From a virus (taxonomy: Duplodnaviria; Caudoviricetes): 64,000 nt of DNA. How positions within the stretch are numbered: position 1 is the stretch's first letter; each line of letters begins with the position of its first letter. The stretch spans positions 1-64,000 of IMG/VR virus record IMGVR_UViG_2593339273_000007; one strand, given 5' to 3'. Shown here piece by piece: positions 41,663 through 51,443 of this stretch. The notes under the pieces were generated by a model, which ran no database searches, was not told where the DNA came from, and was given only the letters and a program-made list of their open reading frames with translations. The translations under genes were made by a program, and so were the position numbers.

Positions 41663-41937
41663 CTGTTTTCTATCTCCTTCCTTTGTTTATTGCTTCAATC
41701 TCTGGAAATAAACTTAGACTTTAAATGTCAATAATGTTAGACTTTGCGTGCCATTTTCTGGTATAATGATTAAAATAGGTTTGTTGTGTGATTCACTATG
41801 GATTTGACGACTTTTGGTAGATGTTAGGCAGCACTTAATTTATAGGTTTTTGTCTGTAAATTAAAGTCTACTTTTTTTGACGATTTACTACAATTATATT
41901 TTGATTACGACTTTTGAACCTTATCACAGGTTCTTTT

Positions 41938-42543
41938 TCATTTTTCTCTTGTATATCCTCTTTCCTTCAGCCAGTTGGAAAAGGTAGTATGGCTTACACC
42001 AAGTTCTTTGGCTCCGGCTCTTAAGCCTATTTCTTTTTTGCTCCATTTATTAGCCATATTCTCAAATTCTTTAGGAATATCTTTTTTACTTCTGCCGAAT
42101 TTTACTCCTCTTTTCTTGGCTTCTCTTATCCCTTCCATCTGTCTTTGATGGGTATTTTCTCTTTCTATCTGAGCTACATAGGATAATATCTGTAAGACAA
42201 TATCGGCTATAAACTTTCCGGTTATATCACTTACCTTTGTTCTTGTATCAAGAAGAGGAAAATCAAGTACGATGATTTCAGCATTTTTCTCTTTGGTAAT
42301 TAGATTCCATTCCTTAATAATTTCATCATAGTTTCTTCCCAGTCTGTCTATGGATTTAATATATAGCTCATCTCCCGATTTTAGTTTTCTGATGAGCTTT
42401 TTATATTTCCTGCGGTTAAAGTCTTTCCCGCTTGCCTTGTCGATATAAATTTTATTCATTTCTACTCCCTCTTTCAAAATAGCAGTTAATTGCCTGTCTA
42501 TATTTTGTTCCTTTGTCGATACTCTAATATATCCGTATTTCAT
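41938..42543 (-). CDS. Small serine recombinase (resolvase/invertase)
   Basis: YIRVST, DRLGRN, C-terminal HTH. Confidence 0.94.
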   Translation of the reverse strand: MKYGYIRVSTKEQNIDRQLTAILKEGVEMNKIYIDKASGKDFNRRKYKKLIRKLKSGDELYIKSIDRLGRNYDEIIKEWNLITKEKNAEIIVLDFPLLDTRTKVSDITGKFIADIVLQILSYVAQIERENTHQRQMEGIREAKKRGVKFGRSKKDIPKEFENMANKWSKKEIGLRAGAKELGVSHTTFSNWLKERGYTREK

Positions 42544-42725
42544 ATATATCCCTCCGTTTCTTTATTCATAAATTAGATATTATACGGATACCTTAAGAAA
42601 GACCTTTTTATTTTTGAAAAAGAAAAAGAAGCCTTTTGGATTTTGTTATCCATTGAGCTTCTTTGATTCTTACTCTGTAAGTTTATGAGGGTTATTCTGC
42701 TTTAACAATCTTAATTTTTACTTCC

Positions 42726-42983
42726 TTGACAACAGTTCTATAGTCACACACCCTAAAAACACCTTAAAAACAATAGTCCTGTTGTTACACCAAGCAAAAA
42801 AAGTAGTTCTATTGCTACGACCTCTGATTTCCCAGTGGTCAGAACTATTGTCAAACGCTCTAAAATCATAGTATAAACTCGTTGTCCAAACTTCTGTATT
42901 TTTCTCTAAACCTTTTGATTTCAAGGCTTTTCTATGCTTTTTTTCCTTACTTTCTTGACAGAAGAACTATAGTCTCCACATGA
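42726..42983. repeat. 258-bp element end, copy 1, including an rlmD/rumA-like att sequence
   Basis: Colinear with 44894-45151; minus strand CATGTGGAGACTATAGTTCTTCTGTCAAGAAAGTAA. Confidence 0.9.
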
Positions 42984-43223
42984 GATTATTAGGCTATTTT
43001 GGAAAATTAAATATCTCTGCAAAACCCATTGATTTTATCATAACTATAACATTTCTATTGTTTCAATCATATAATTTTTGATTAGGCTATTTTACATAAT
43101 ATAGAAATTATTAATCTTTTTCAGAGATTTATCGCTCGAAATATCTACCCAGCATCAACTGACATTTTTTAATTTGCATATAGTCGCAACTTTAAAATAA
43201 TAATATACTTATTTTCACTAAAC

Positions 43224-43844
43224 CTATTTTAATTTATCTGCAGCCGGATCCACTTCATACCAATGTTCTGAATTTCTTTTACACTGTAATGCAGCCACTC
43301 TTTTTGTAACTTCACGCTTTATTTTTCCATCTGAATTTAATACATCTATCCACTCTACTGGTTTATTGAAGTATTTCATTTTTCCACCACATATAGGACA
43401 TTTTTCAATATGAATTTTTTCTATTGTAATCTTCCTTCCAAGTCCACTTATCGCATAATTAAAGAATAAGGGGTGTCTAGTTTCTTTTTTTGTGATACTC
43501 CTTAACCAGAATATCAGCACCAAAACTAGCATTGTTACAGCAAAAATTACGGCATATATATTATTGTTTGTGTTAACTTGATTACTCTTGTTGGTCAATA
43601 AATTAATTACAGGTTCAAATGTTTTATACATTGGAAAAACCCCTATCAATGAAATGAAAAATCCCATCCATGAAAGTAATGCCATTGTTATAGGACTTCT
43701 CCAAACAGGATCTGGTGTATATTTCGCAATCCTATCTTCTTCATGTTCACTAAATTTGTTATTTCCTGTCACGATATTAGTAGGTCCATTAAAAACATTT
43801 CCTGAAAAATTATTAATATTTGACTTAGAATATTTATCTCCCAT
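43224..43844 (-). CDS. Two-TM protein with C-terminal Zn-ribbon (start probably MGDKY at 43844)
   Basis: AGGAGG RBS; two hydrophobic segments; CPICGG...C...H. Confidence 0.75.
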   Translation of the reverse strand: MGDKYSKSNINNFSGNVFNGPTNIVTGNNKFSEHEEDRIAKYTPDPVWRSPITMALLSWMGFFISLIGVFPMYKTFEPVINLLTNKSNQVNTNNNIYAVIFAVTMLVLVLIFWLRSITKKETRHPLFFNYAISGLGRKITIEKIHIEKCPICGGKMKYFNKPVEWIDVLNSDGKIKREVTKRVAALQCKRNSEHWYEVDPAADKLK

Positions 43845-43857
43845 ATGTATCCTCCTA

Positions 43858-44820
43858 TTATTTTCCTCTCTTCGAGCTATATTTTTTATTCTTTCTACGC
43901 ACTGTTCCATCTTCTAAAACTTCCACATTGCTGCGGGACTCCATCTCAAGTTGAACTGCTTCAAATTGCTCTTTTGATATTATTCCCTCATGGTGTTCCT
44001 TATTCAAATACTGATTCTCGGAGCCGCCGGAATCAGCAATTGCCACATCTCCTGTATACTTCTGCCTTGTTAATGTGGATTCAATTCCTTTTTTGCTCCA
44101 GCGTTCTTTTCCTTTTGGCGATTTAATACCGTTTGTTTCCAATCTCTTTATAATTCCACCTATGCTACACCCCTCCAGATACCAATTAAAAATATCTCTG
44201 ACGACTTTAGCTTGTTCGTCATCAATAACTAGCATTCCATATTTATCTTTTTTGTATCCATAGCAAGGACGATTATATAATCCTGATGTACCGTTCTCTG
44301 CTTTCCTCTTCAGCCCCCAACGTATATTTTCACTTCTCCATTCATTCTCAGACTGTTCACAAGCTTCAATCACACTTATAAGCAATTCATCGCCTATTGC
44401 TTCTGTGTCAATCTTATCTCGTTCAAAAATAATTCTTTTGCCCGCTGCACGAATCTTTCGTATGGCTTCCAGACATTCCTGTGTGTCACGTCCAAAACGA
44501 CTAATACTTTTTGTAAGTATAATATCGATATTTCCTTTTTCACATTCACTTATCATTCTATTGAATTCTATTCTTGATGTTCCTGTTTTAGCAGAAGCAA
44601 CATCTAAAAAAATATCTGCTACAAACCAAGTCCTATGAGCTACCGCCAATCTAGTGAGTCCTGATACTTGTGTAGACAAACTTTCCATTTGTTCCTTACG
44701 GTTTGTACTCACACGAGCGTAGATACCAACAGCATAATCCTTAATCACTCTACGAGGTTGTATCACTGTTATATTTTCATGAATTCTATTTAGTTCATCC
44801 ACACTCGAGTCCCCTTTCAA
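43858..44820 (-). CDS. Short large-serine-recombinase-family protein (catalytic + recombinase domain, no Zn-ribbon/coiled coil); start probably GTG 44802
   Basis: YARVST, KSISRFGR, SENIRWG, CYGY and YTGD motifs; ends at about 315-320 aa. Confidence 0.9.
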   Translation of the reverse strand: MKGDSSVDELNRIHENITVIQPRRVIKDYAVGIYARVSTNRKEQMESLSTQVSGLTRLAVAHRTWFVADIFLDVASAKTGTSRIEFNRMISECEKGNIDIILTKSISRFGRDTQECLEAIRKIRAAGKRIIFERDKIDTEAIGDELLISVIEACEQSENEWRSENIRWGLKRKAENGTSGLYNRPCYGYKKDKYGMLVIDDEQAKVVRDIFNWYLEGCSIGGIIKRLETNGIKSPKGKERWSKKGIESTLTRQKYTGDVAIADSGGSENQYLNKEHHEGIISKEQFEAVQLEMESRSNVEVLEDGTVRRKNKKYSSKRGK

Positions 44821-44893
44821 ATTTAGTATAATTAAATTGCTAATTTAGCATAATGATTATTAGTCTATTATCGTAATTCTTAATCAAAAAAAT

Positions 44894-45151
44894 TTGACAA
44901 CAGTTCTATAGTCACACACCCTAAAAACACCTCAAAAACAATAGTACCGTTGTTACACCAAGCAAAAAAAGCAGTTCTGTTGCCACACCCCTCTATTTTC
45001 CAGTGGTCAGAACTATTGTCAAATGCTCTAAAATCACAATGTAACCCCTCTGTCCAAACCTCTGCATTTTTCTCTAAACCTTTTGATTTCAAGGCTTTTA
45101 TACAACTTTTCTTCTTACTTCCTTGACAGAAGAACTATGGTCTCCACATGA
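44894..45151. repeat. 258-bp element end, copy 2; attachment junction with the prophage
   Basis: Colinear with 42726-42983; supplies HVETIVLLSRK* to the phage tail gene. Confidence 0.9.
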
Positions 45152-46128
45152 ACACTATATTTACCACCTGACCATGTATGTTTATCTTTATCAATATAGA
45201 ACTCTCCAACTAATCCTGTAAAGCTATCCTTAACCTGTACCTTGTAGCCACATTTACAATCTATATTGCCAAATCCTGAAATACTACAAGTTTTTTCAGG
45301 ACCCTTTAATTCATTTTTAATTTCATCATCAGATAAAGCCTTATCCTTTCCTTGTTCAATAACCTTAGTTATATAATGATATAATTTTTTTAGCTGTGGA
45401 TCGATTTTTTCTTTTACCTTGTTTCCTTTTTCATCAACAACCAATACCCTACTTACCATATCATTCATCGATATTTTATAGCTAGCTGATTCTATATTGC
45501 TTGACTCCTCAAACATAAGCTTCAATTTAACTATACCTTTTTCAACGACGTTAAACTTATCCAAATCAACTTCAATCATGTATTTTTTATGAGCTTTATC
45601 TTTCTTAGAATGCTCTGTATACGCACTCATTATAACATCATATCTAGTAGCACCAATAAACAGCTTTGTAATTTTAGTTTCAGCAGGTGCAAGCTTACCA
45701 TAAGCTAAAGCATGTTGACCGTCTTTTCCCTTAAACACCGCTTTTGCAATATCACAAGCTGTTGTGTTTACAAAATTATAACTTACTTGATCCTTACTCA
45801 ATAAGAAGCCTATATCAAAAGCCGTCATAGATAGACGATTATCTGTATTTGATTTATCAATATCTATTATAGTTCCTCTGAATATCTCTTTTCCACCTAC
45901 ATAAAAACAACAAGTAGAGCCTTCTACTATACCTATTTGTTGTATTTTTGAGTCATTTACTGCTTGGATAAATGAAAACTCCAAACACCTAGATGGGGAT
46001 TTAATATCCCCACTCCAGGTAACAGATGATAGTACGCTAGATAGTTTATAAAATTTACCTTGTCTAATGTGAACTATTAGTTCTATGTCTTCATTTTTAT
46101 ACTTCATTAAGGTATCACCAACTTCCAA
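45115..46128 (-). CDS. XkdQ/YqbQ-like baseplate hub protein with an ICE-derived C-terminus
   Basis: VTWSGD...R.LEFS, IFRG.I, G.FYIDKDKHTW; follows the LysM gene; last 11 aa come from the att repeat. Confidence 0.85.
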   Translation of the reverse strand: MEVGDTLMKYKNEDIELIVHIRQGKFYKLSSVLSSVTWSGDIKSPSRCLEFSFIQAVNDSKIQQIGIVEGSTCCFYVGGKEIFRGTIIDIDKSNTDNRLSMTAFDIGFLLSKDQVSYNFVNTTACDIAKAVFKGKDGQHALAYGKLAPAETKITKLFIGATRYDVIMSAYTEHSKKDKAHKKYMIEVDLDKFNVVEKGIVKLKLMFEESSNIESASYKISMNDMVSRVLVVDEKGNKVKEKIDPQLKKLYHYITKVIEQGKDKALSDDEIKNELKGPEKTCSISGFGNIDCKCGYKVQVKDSFTGLVGEFYIDKDKHTWSGGKYSVHVETIVLLSRK

Positions 46129-46787
46129 CCACTATATATTACATTAGATTTTTTTAATTGTGGGTACTTCTTTAAATTCTCTGCATTTGATGTTATCTTT
46201 TTATATTTAGAGCCATTACCGTAATATTTCTGTGCAATCATAAATAGATATTCACCATGCTTTACAGTATGTATTTTAGAGCTTTTACTTAACTCATTTT
46301 TTTCTAGGTTTCTCGAATACACTTTATTTGGAACTGTATTTGATGGATTTGAACTCTTTGAGGTGTTCGGAGGTGTCCATTCTGGAATAATGATATCTTC
46401 ATCTTCCTTTAACTCTAATGTGAAATATACATCCCCACTTCCATCTTTTTCAAGAAACTCAAAATGGCTTATTCTTACAGGTATGTTAATAGGTGTCGAT
46501 GTCACAATATATCTAAGTCTTTCCCCATCTCTACACCATTTTTCTAGCTTATTAACGTAACTATATGGGTCTGTTGTAGGTCCATCTATAAATTGATAAT
46601 TAGCACCCTCATGTGGGAAAAAACTGGATAAACTAATCGAGGAAGGCTCATATCCATTAAAGATATTTACCTTCCCTTTTTTTACTATATTTTCCCCTGA
46701 GATATCAGCATTGATATTTTTCCCTATCTCTGACGGTATAACCGGAAATCTTAAATTTTCAGTATTTGAATTTAGATATACTTCCAA
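46107..46787 (-). CDS. XkdP-like LysM tail protein
   Basis: LSSFFP and GDVYFTLELKE motifs; C-terminal LysM HTVKHGEYLFMIAQKYYG. Confidence 0.9.
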   Translation of the reverse strand: MEVYLNSNTENLRFPVIPSEIGKNINADISGENIVKKGKVNIFNGYEPSSISLSSFFPHEGANYQFIDGPTTDPYSYVNKLEKWCRDGERLRYIVTSTPINIPVRISHFEFLEKDGSGDVYFTLELKEDEDIIIPEWTPPNTSKSSNPSNTVPNKVYSRNLEKNELSKSSKIHTVKHGEYLFMIAQKYYGNGSKYKKITSNAENLKKYPQLKKSNVIYSGWKLVIP

Positions 46788-46790
46788 GTT

Positions 46791-48740
46791 TTATACACCC
46801 CCTGCTTTAGCCAATTTCATTCTTTTTACAAGTCTACTAACTAATAAATCAATATCGGCTTCTTCTCTTACTGTAATATCATTTATATTTATCACAATAC
46901 GTTCTTGATCTCTATTTTCATACTCATTTGCCTCTCGTTTTGTCAGTAATTTTTCCCCTTGATGAGCTCTAATTGGGTAGTTGTCATAGGGTATTCTTGA
47001 CTGTCCCATAGCTCTTCTCGCATATGAGGGTACTCCACTGTTGTCTACACCTATGCCACCGCTACTACTGCCTGTTTGGAAACCATCTAAGCCATTAAGC
47101 CCCTCAAAGTTGGTATTTCTCATATGATTGATAGTTTTATCCCACCATTGCATAACATCTTTTAATGCGCCAACGATACCGCTGATAGCATTATTAATCC
47201 CAGTTAATAGTGGTAATATTACTTTATCAGCAAGTTTAAGTTTCACCTGCATTAATTGCCATTTTTTCTCCCAATCAGATGCCAATAATTTTATTGCATT
47301 TTTTATAAAATCAGGATTTTCTTTCAAAAATTTAAACACATCTTCAGCTACACCTTTGAAAAATTGGAATACATCCCCCATTCCTTCAAATGCACCATTT
47401 ACCTGTTGACCAAACATATTTATGGCTTCTTGTGCTTCCGGAGAATTAGTAATAATATGATTATAAACATCATCCAGCATATCCGTTATTGGCTTCGCTG
47501 CCGTTTTTAGCTTACTAAAATCGATACCCCCAAAATTAGTAATATCTAATAACTTCCATAGTCCGTCAATAGCTTTTTCTGCATCTGTAAACAAACCGCT
47601 AAAGAAATCCTTAACTATTTGACTGTCGAAAATCTTTTGCATTCTTTCATACATAGGTGTATATACTTTTGATTCTAGTAAGTTATTTGCTATTACCCAA
47701 GCATCTTTGAAGTTCATAGGTATATTTTGGAATTCTTTATTTACCTGTTCTGAATTTTTAAGAATTGCACGTTTAACTAAATCAGCAGTAAGAAGACCCT
47801 CTTTCCCGGCTTCCTTAATGCCCATTCCAACTTCTTTTTCAATCATTTTCGCCATTAGTGGAGCTGACTCCCTTATCGTTCTAAGTTCATCACCTTGGAG
47901 TGTACCACTTGCCAAACCTTGATTTAACTGATACATTGCTGAACTTGCTTCTTCTCCTGATGAACCACCTTTTCTAAATGATTGCATAGCAGTTTGGTAG
48001 AATTTAGCAGCTTCTTGAGGTTTACCGCCAAACACATCAGGTGACATCTGCATAAGCTTAGTCATACCATTTCTAACATCAGATAAATTTGATCGTGAAT
48101 TTCTAGCTACACCCTGGACTAGACTATCATATCCACCAATACTCATACCACCTCTATCAAGTGAACTTGCCCTAGCTTTGTAATCCGAATAATTATTATA
48201 TCCGTCAATTGTAACTTTTATGACCTTATCTTTAAGGCTATTAAGACCTTGCTGAATCTTCTGTATTCCCCATTGGGTCATATCGTTTAATTTCACTTTA
48301 ATATCGTTATATGCACTTTTAGCAAGTTTCCCAATCCCAAGGCTTATCAATCCTATTCCAGCCAACACGGGATGTTTTCCTAAAAGTTTAAGTGGGATAC
48401 TTCCAAGTGGTCCTAGCTTATTAAGCTTACCACCGATGGCATCCAACCCTTTAGATGCTAAATCTTTTACTTCAATAGGTATCTTATTCGATTTTTTTAT
48501 CATATCACCAAAAGATTTGTACTTCTTTGATACTTCATCAACTTGTTTTTTAGCATCCTTACCATCCACTTTTAATTTTTTATTACCTTTCAAGCTCTTA
48601 TCAAATTCCTTATTGGCTTTTTCAATTTCTTTCGTTTCCTTTTTAAATTTTCTAAGCTCCGCTTGCATCCGCTTTAATTCTTTAGTCATTAAATCTTCAG
48701 CTTTAAACCTAGCTTTCAATTCTGTTGTATTTGTTGCCAT
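46791..48740 (-). CDS. Tape measure protein
   Basis: AMYQLNQGLASGTLQGDELRTIRE tape-measure motif; position after the chaperones. Confidence 0.92.
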   Translation of the reverse strand: MATNTTELKARFKAEDLMTKELKRMQAELRKFKKETKEIEKANKEFDKSLKGNKKLKVDGKDAKKQVDEVSKKYKSFGDMIKKSNKIPIEVKDLASKGLDAIGGKLNKLGPLGSIPLKLLGKHPVLAGIGLISLGIGKLAKSAYNDIKVKLNDMTQWGIQKIQQGLNSLKDKVIKVTIDGYNNYSDYKARASSLDRGGMSIGGYDSLVQGVARNSRSNLSDVRNGMTKLMQMSPDVFGGKPQEAAKFYQTAMQSFRKGGSSGEEASSAMYQLNQGLASGTLQGDELRTIRESAPLMAKMIEKEVGMGIKEAGKEGLLTADLVKRAILKNSEQVNKEFQNIPMNFKDAWVIANNLLESKVYTPMYERMQKIFDSQIVKDFFSGLFTDAEKAIDGLWKLLDITNFGGIDFSKLKTAAKPITDMLDDVYNHIITNSPEAQEAINMFGQQVNGAFEGMGDVFQFFKGVAEDVFKFLKENPDFIKNAIKLLASDWEKKWQLMQVKLKLADKVILPLLTGINNAISGIVGALKDVMQWWDKTINHMRNTNFEGLNGLDGFQTGSSSGGIGVDNSGVPSYARRAMGQSRIPYDNYPIRAHQGEKLLTKREANEYENRDQERIVININDITVREEADIDLLVSRLVKRMKLAKAGGV

Positions 48741-48743
48741 CTA

Positions 48744-48938
48744 CTACCCCCTTTCTCCCACCATAAAAGGGCAAAGTTGATATTTTTTCTCGTCTAATCT
48801 ATCTTCTATTTCTTTGAATAGAAATGCCTTCATCATTCTATATTCACCAATATCTGATTTCTTTTTTTTATATAATTCAGATGGAGTCAGTCTTGCGTAC
48901 TTCCAGAAATAGTAAAAAGTACGCAATTCATCATCCAC
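48744..48938 (-). CDS. Tail assembly chaperone extension (gpT-like, reached by -1 frameshift)
   Basis: Open in the -1 frame from the A AAA AAC slippery site at 48947-48953. Confidence 0.75.
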   Translation of the reverse strand: MDDELRTFYYFWKYARLTPSELYKKKKSDIGEYRMMKAFLFKEIEDRLDEKKYQLCPFMVGERG

Positions 48939-48943
48939 CTCAA

Positions 48944-49381
48944 TTAGTTTTTTATTTCATCTTCCTTTGGTATATTATTAATTAAATTATCATATGCAGC
49001 ATATAATAAATCTATTTCGTCTGGGGTAAGCAAAACTAATACGAGATCAGTTGGTGTCCCTACCTTAAACTTGCTTATAAGTTCTTTATTTTTAAATAGT
49101 GCTTCACCATTATAGAATACAGAATAAACTAAAGTCAGCAACTTTCTCATCCTATTATTTTCAGCCATTTCTAGCTTCCCTTTGTCTGCCATCTTAAGCT
49201 TGTAACCATACTCTTCAAGCTCTGCTTCTTGCTCCAAACTCATCCTACGCATTTCAATGATAAAAGGTTGATTAAACATTCTAGACAAGCTATCTATTTC
49301 TATTTCCTCTTTTTTAACTAAAAAATCATCTCTATCTTTACTAAGCAATAAATCAATCAAATTAACATTTTTTTCACTCAT
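48944..49381 (-). CDS. XkdN-like tail assembly chaperone
   Basis: Between tube and tape measure; LL.PDEI motif; ends EIKN*. Confidence 0.85.
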   Translation of the reverse strand: MSEKNVNLIDLLLSKDRDDFLVKKEEIEIDSLSRMFNQPFIIEMRRMSLEQEAELEEYGYKLKMADKGKLEMAENNRMRKLLTLVYSVFYNGEALFKNKELISKFKVGTPTDLVLVLLTPDEIDLLYAAYDNLINNIPKEDEIKN

Positions 49382-49392
49382 TTTTTATCTCC

Positions 49393-49839
49393 TTATATCA
49401 AATCTATTGGGTCAAAATCATCAAATGTAAATGGGGCTTCTATTTTTCCAACCTCTCCATTTTTAAAGTCAGCAAGGGTTAAGTCATCAAATTGCACTCC
49501 CATATATCTAATTCTTTCAGCTCCCACATTATCAGGGTCATCAAGCTTAGATATAATTTCAAAACTAATTGTTTTTTGCTCTTTCATTCTAACACCAATC
49601 AACTTTGTCATTCTTGATGAAACCTTAGTCATAGTGCAAGACCCTTTACCCTCTGCTCCTGTTGTTTTATGGGCGTCTATCATTTGTCTTGGTCTTGGTA
49701 TTGCCGTCTTTTTAAAATCTATTTTAGCTTGAAACCCTTCAAGTTCTGCAACATATTCCCCATCTAACCACAGCTCACCGAAAGTACCACTTATACCATC
49801 AGTACCTAGTATCTGTTTTACTTGTTCTTTATCTGCCAT
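49393..49839 (-). CDS. XkdM-like tail tube protein (start probably MADKE)
   Basis: ISGTFGELWLDG, SKLDDPD..GAERI and EAPFTF motifs. Confidence 0.92.
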   Translation of the reverse strand: MADKEQVKQILGTDGISGTFGELWLDGEYVAELEGFQAKIDFKKTAIPRPRQMIDAHKTTGAEGKGSCTMTKVSSRMTKLIGVRMKEQKTISFEIISKLDDPDNVGAERIRYMGVQFDDLTLADFKNGEVGKIEAPFTFDDFDPIDLI

Positions 49840-49852
49840 ATTTAAGCACCTC

Positions 49853-50953
49853 CTAAACATTTATATTTATATAAAAATCTTCCATAGCATCCACGCCCTT
49901 AAGCGTTATCACTATAAAAACTTTTGAACCAGTATTAAATTCTTTAAGCTCCTGTTCACTCAAAGATTTTACATCAACACCCTTTTCAATCAAATATTTT
50001 TTTTGTGCTTCCATATCAATATTTACAGAAAATCCATTTGCTATCATTTCACTTCTGTTCAAATCCTCTAAAAATCCTTTTATTTCAGATATCAGCAAAC
50101 ATTTATTATCATAGCTATTAGATACCTTACCTACATAAAAATCGGTAATGGACTTTTTAACAGCGTTATTAATCATCTTATACGTTCGTACTAGCTTTAT
50201 TTTCTTGAAAGTTTCTCCTTCATTTCCATCAACGCCAGTTAGAGATGTAACACCTCTGGCTATTCTTACTTTACCGCCTTTTTTTACGAGTACCAACTTA
50301 CCAGCATTTATTAAAGAGTTCAATTCTTCATTAGTTTTTTTAGGTATATTAGTGATGAACGGCACATTGCAATATGTTATGGATTGTGTAAAAGGTGTAC
50401 CTGCACACGCACCAACGATAAAAGGCAATAGTTTATTGGCAGTGTAGGTAACTGAACCTTCCTTTATATTATCTGTCGCAAACTCAATCACACTACTTGA
50501 ATTACTTGGATTATTTGTTGCTATTACAACATCCGCCCAATGTCCTATTTCCTTAAGTTTGTTAATGAATGCTATTAGCTTTGGATTTTCAACCTCGTCT
50601 GTAGCATCAGGCATACACATATAATTGAATTCAACATTTTCTAATACCTCAAGTGCGTTATCTAATGTATCATCACTACCTATTGAATATACAATAACCT
50701 TTGATGGTGTGTACGCTCTTTCCTCAAGCACCCCACCTACTCTCACATCCTGAATATTACCTTTGAATGCGTGCTCTATATACATAAGATTATCAGATTT
50801 ATACTTTTCAGTTACTTGATCAAATGACACGTATTCTTTCAAACCCTTAACAGTTGAGTCCTTTAATATCAAAAGAGCCACACTAGTACTAGCACCTTCT
50901 AATGCTCTTCTTTTTTCTTCTTTGAAACTAATTTTTAACTCAGTTAGCCCCAT
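49853..50953 (-). CDS. Tail sheath protein
   Basis: IARGVTSLT, FKKIK, GKVSNSYDNK and DAMED motifs. Confidence 0.92.
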   Translation of the reverse strand: MGLTELKISFKEEKRRALEGASTSVALLILKDSTVKGLKEYVSFDQVTEKYKSDNLMYIEHAFKGNIQDVRVGGVLEERAYTPSKVIVYSIGSDDTLDNALEVLENVEFNYMCMPDATDEVENPKLIAFINKLKEIGHWADVVIATNNPSNSSSVIEFATDNIKEGSVTYTANKLLPFIVGACAGTPFTQSITYCNVPFITNIPKKTNEELNSLINAGKLVLVKKGGKVRIARGVTSLTGVDGNEGETFKKIKLVRTYKMINNAVKKSITDFYVGKVSNSYDNKCLLISEIKGFLEDLNRSEMIANGFSVNIDMEAQKKYLIEKGVDVKSLSEQELKEFNTGSKVFIVITLKGVDAMEDFYININV

Positions 50954-51443
50954 TTTTTACCTCACTTTCTATTTTTAATACGTCACTACTACGCATTCTT
51001 ATAACTTCAATCACATTACTATCATTTTTATCAAAATATACCTGTTCATGATAACTTGTTTTAATGCTAAAATTCAAAGTATACCCCACTTCATCTTTTA
51101 GTATCAAAGTGTCAATATCGGATATATGAATATATCTTCTACCAACCTTTATACTTCTTACAAATTGAGTTTCTAACAATTCTTTGATTTCATTTAAATC
51201 GGATTTTTTAACTCTACCGTGTGGGAAGTATCGTATGTCAATTACAAGTGATTTTTTATTAAAGTGTAAATTTACTGATTTTGAATTTTCTATATGAACA
51301 TCAATAAAAAAACAGCTACCTTTATTTAAATATAATTGTAATTGGTCGTCATCATCTGTTATTTTACATTTATAGTCAGTATCCTTTATGGTCTCATAAA
51401 TCATAGATGATACTGATTTAATCAATTCATTTATCTTAATCAT
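50940..51443 (-). CDS. Tail terminator/completion protein
   Basis: CFFI...IDIRYFP pattern; position before the sheath gene. Confidence 0.7.
   Translation of the reverse strand: MIKINELIKSVSSMIYETIKDTDYKCKITDDDDQLQLYLNKGSCFFIDVHIENSKSVNLHFNKKSLVIDIRYFPHGRVKKSDLNEIKELLETQFVRSIKVGRRYIHISDIDTLILKDEVGYTLNFSIKTSYHEQVYFDKNDSNVIEVIRMRSSDVLKIESEVKNGAN

Larger units (their letters stand above)
1..45151 (-). mobile_element. Integrative conjugative element (Tn1549/Tn5252-like MPF_FA T4SS) plus tandem mini-element; the other end lies left of the window
   Basis: Co-oriented virD4, virB6, prgI, virB4, CHAP hydrolase, topB, SNF2/methylase, repA_N and parAB; abrupt switch to phage genes at an att-like sequence ending at 45151. 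Confidence 0.93.
42984..45151 (-). mobile_element. 2168-bp mini integrative unit (serine recombinase + one cargo gene) in tandem with the ICE end
   Basis: Bounded by the same att junction (...CCACATGA) at 42983 and 45151. Confidence 0.7.

Noticed and set aside
42718-42924. 68-aa ORF and its paralogue at 44880-45092
   Set aside because: They coincide with the 258-bp element-end repeats, start at TTG without an RBS and end differently; more simply explained as non-coding recombination DNA
45152-50953. Xkd-like tail genes as a tailocin or PBSX-like element
   Set aside because: Capsid, portal, terminase and replication genes are contiguous, so this is a true prophage
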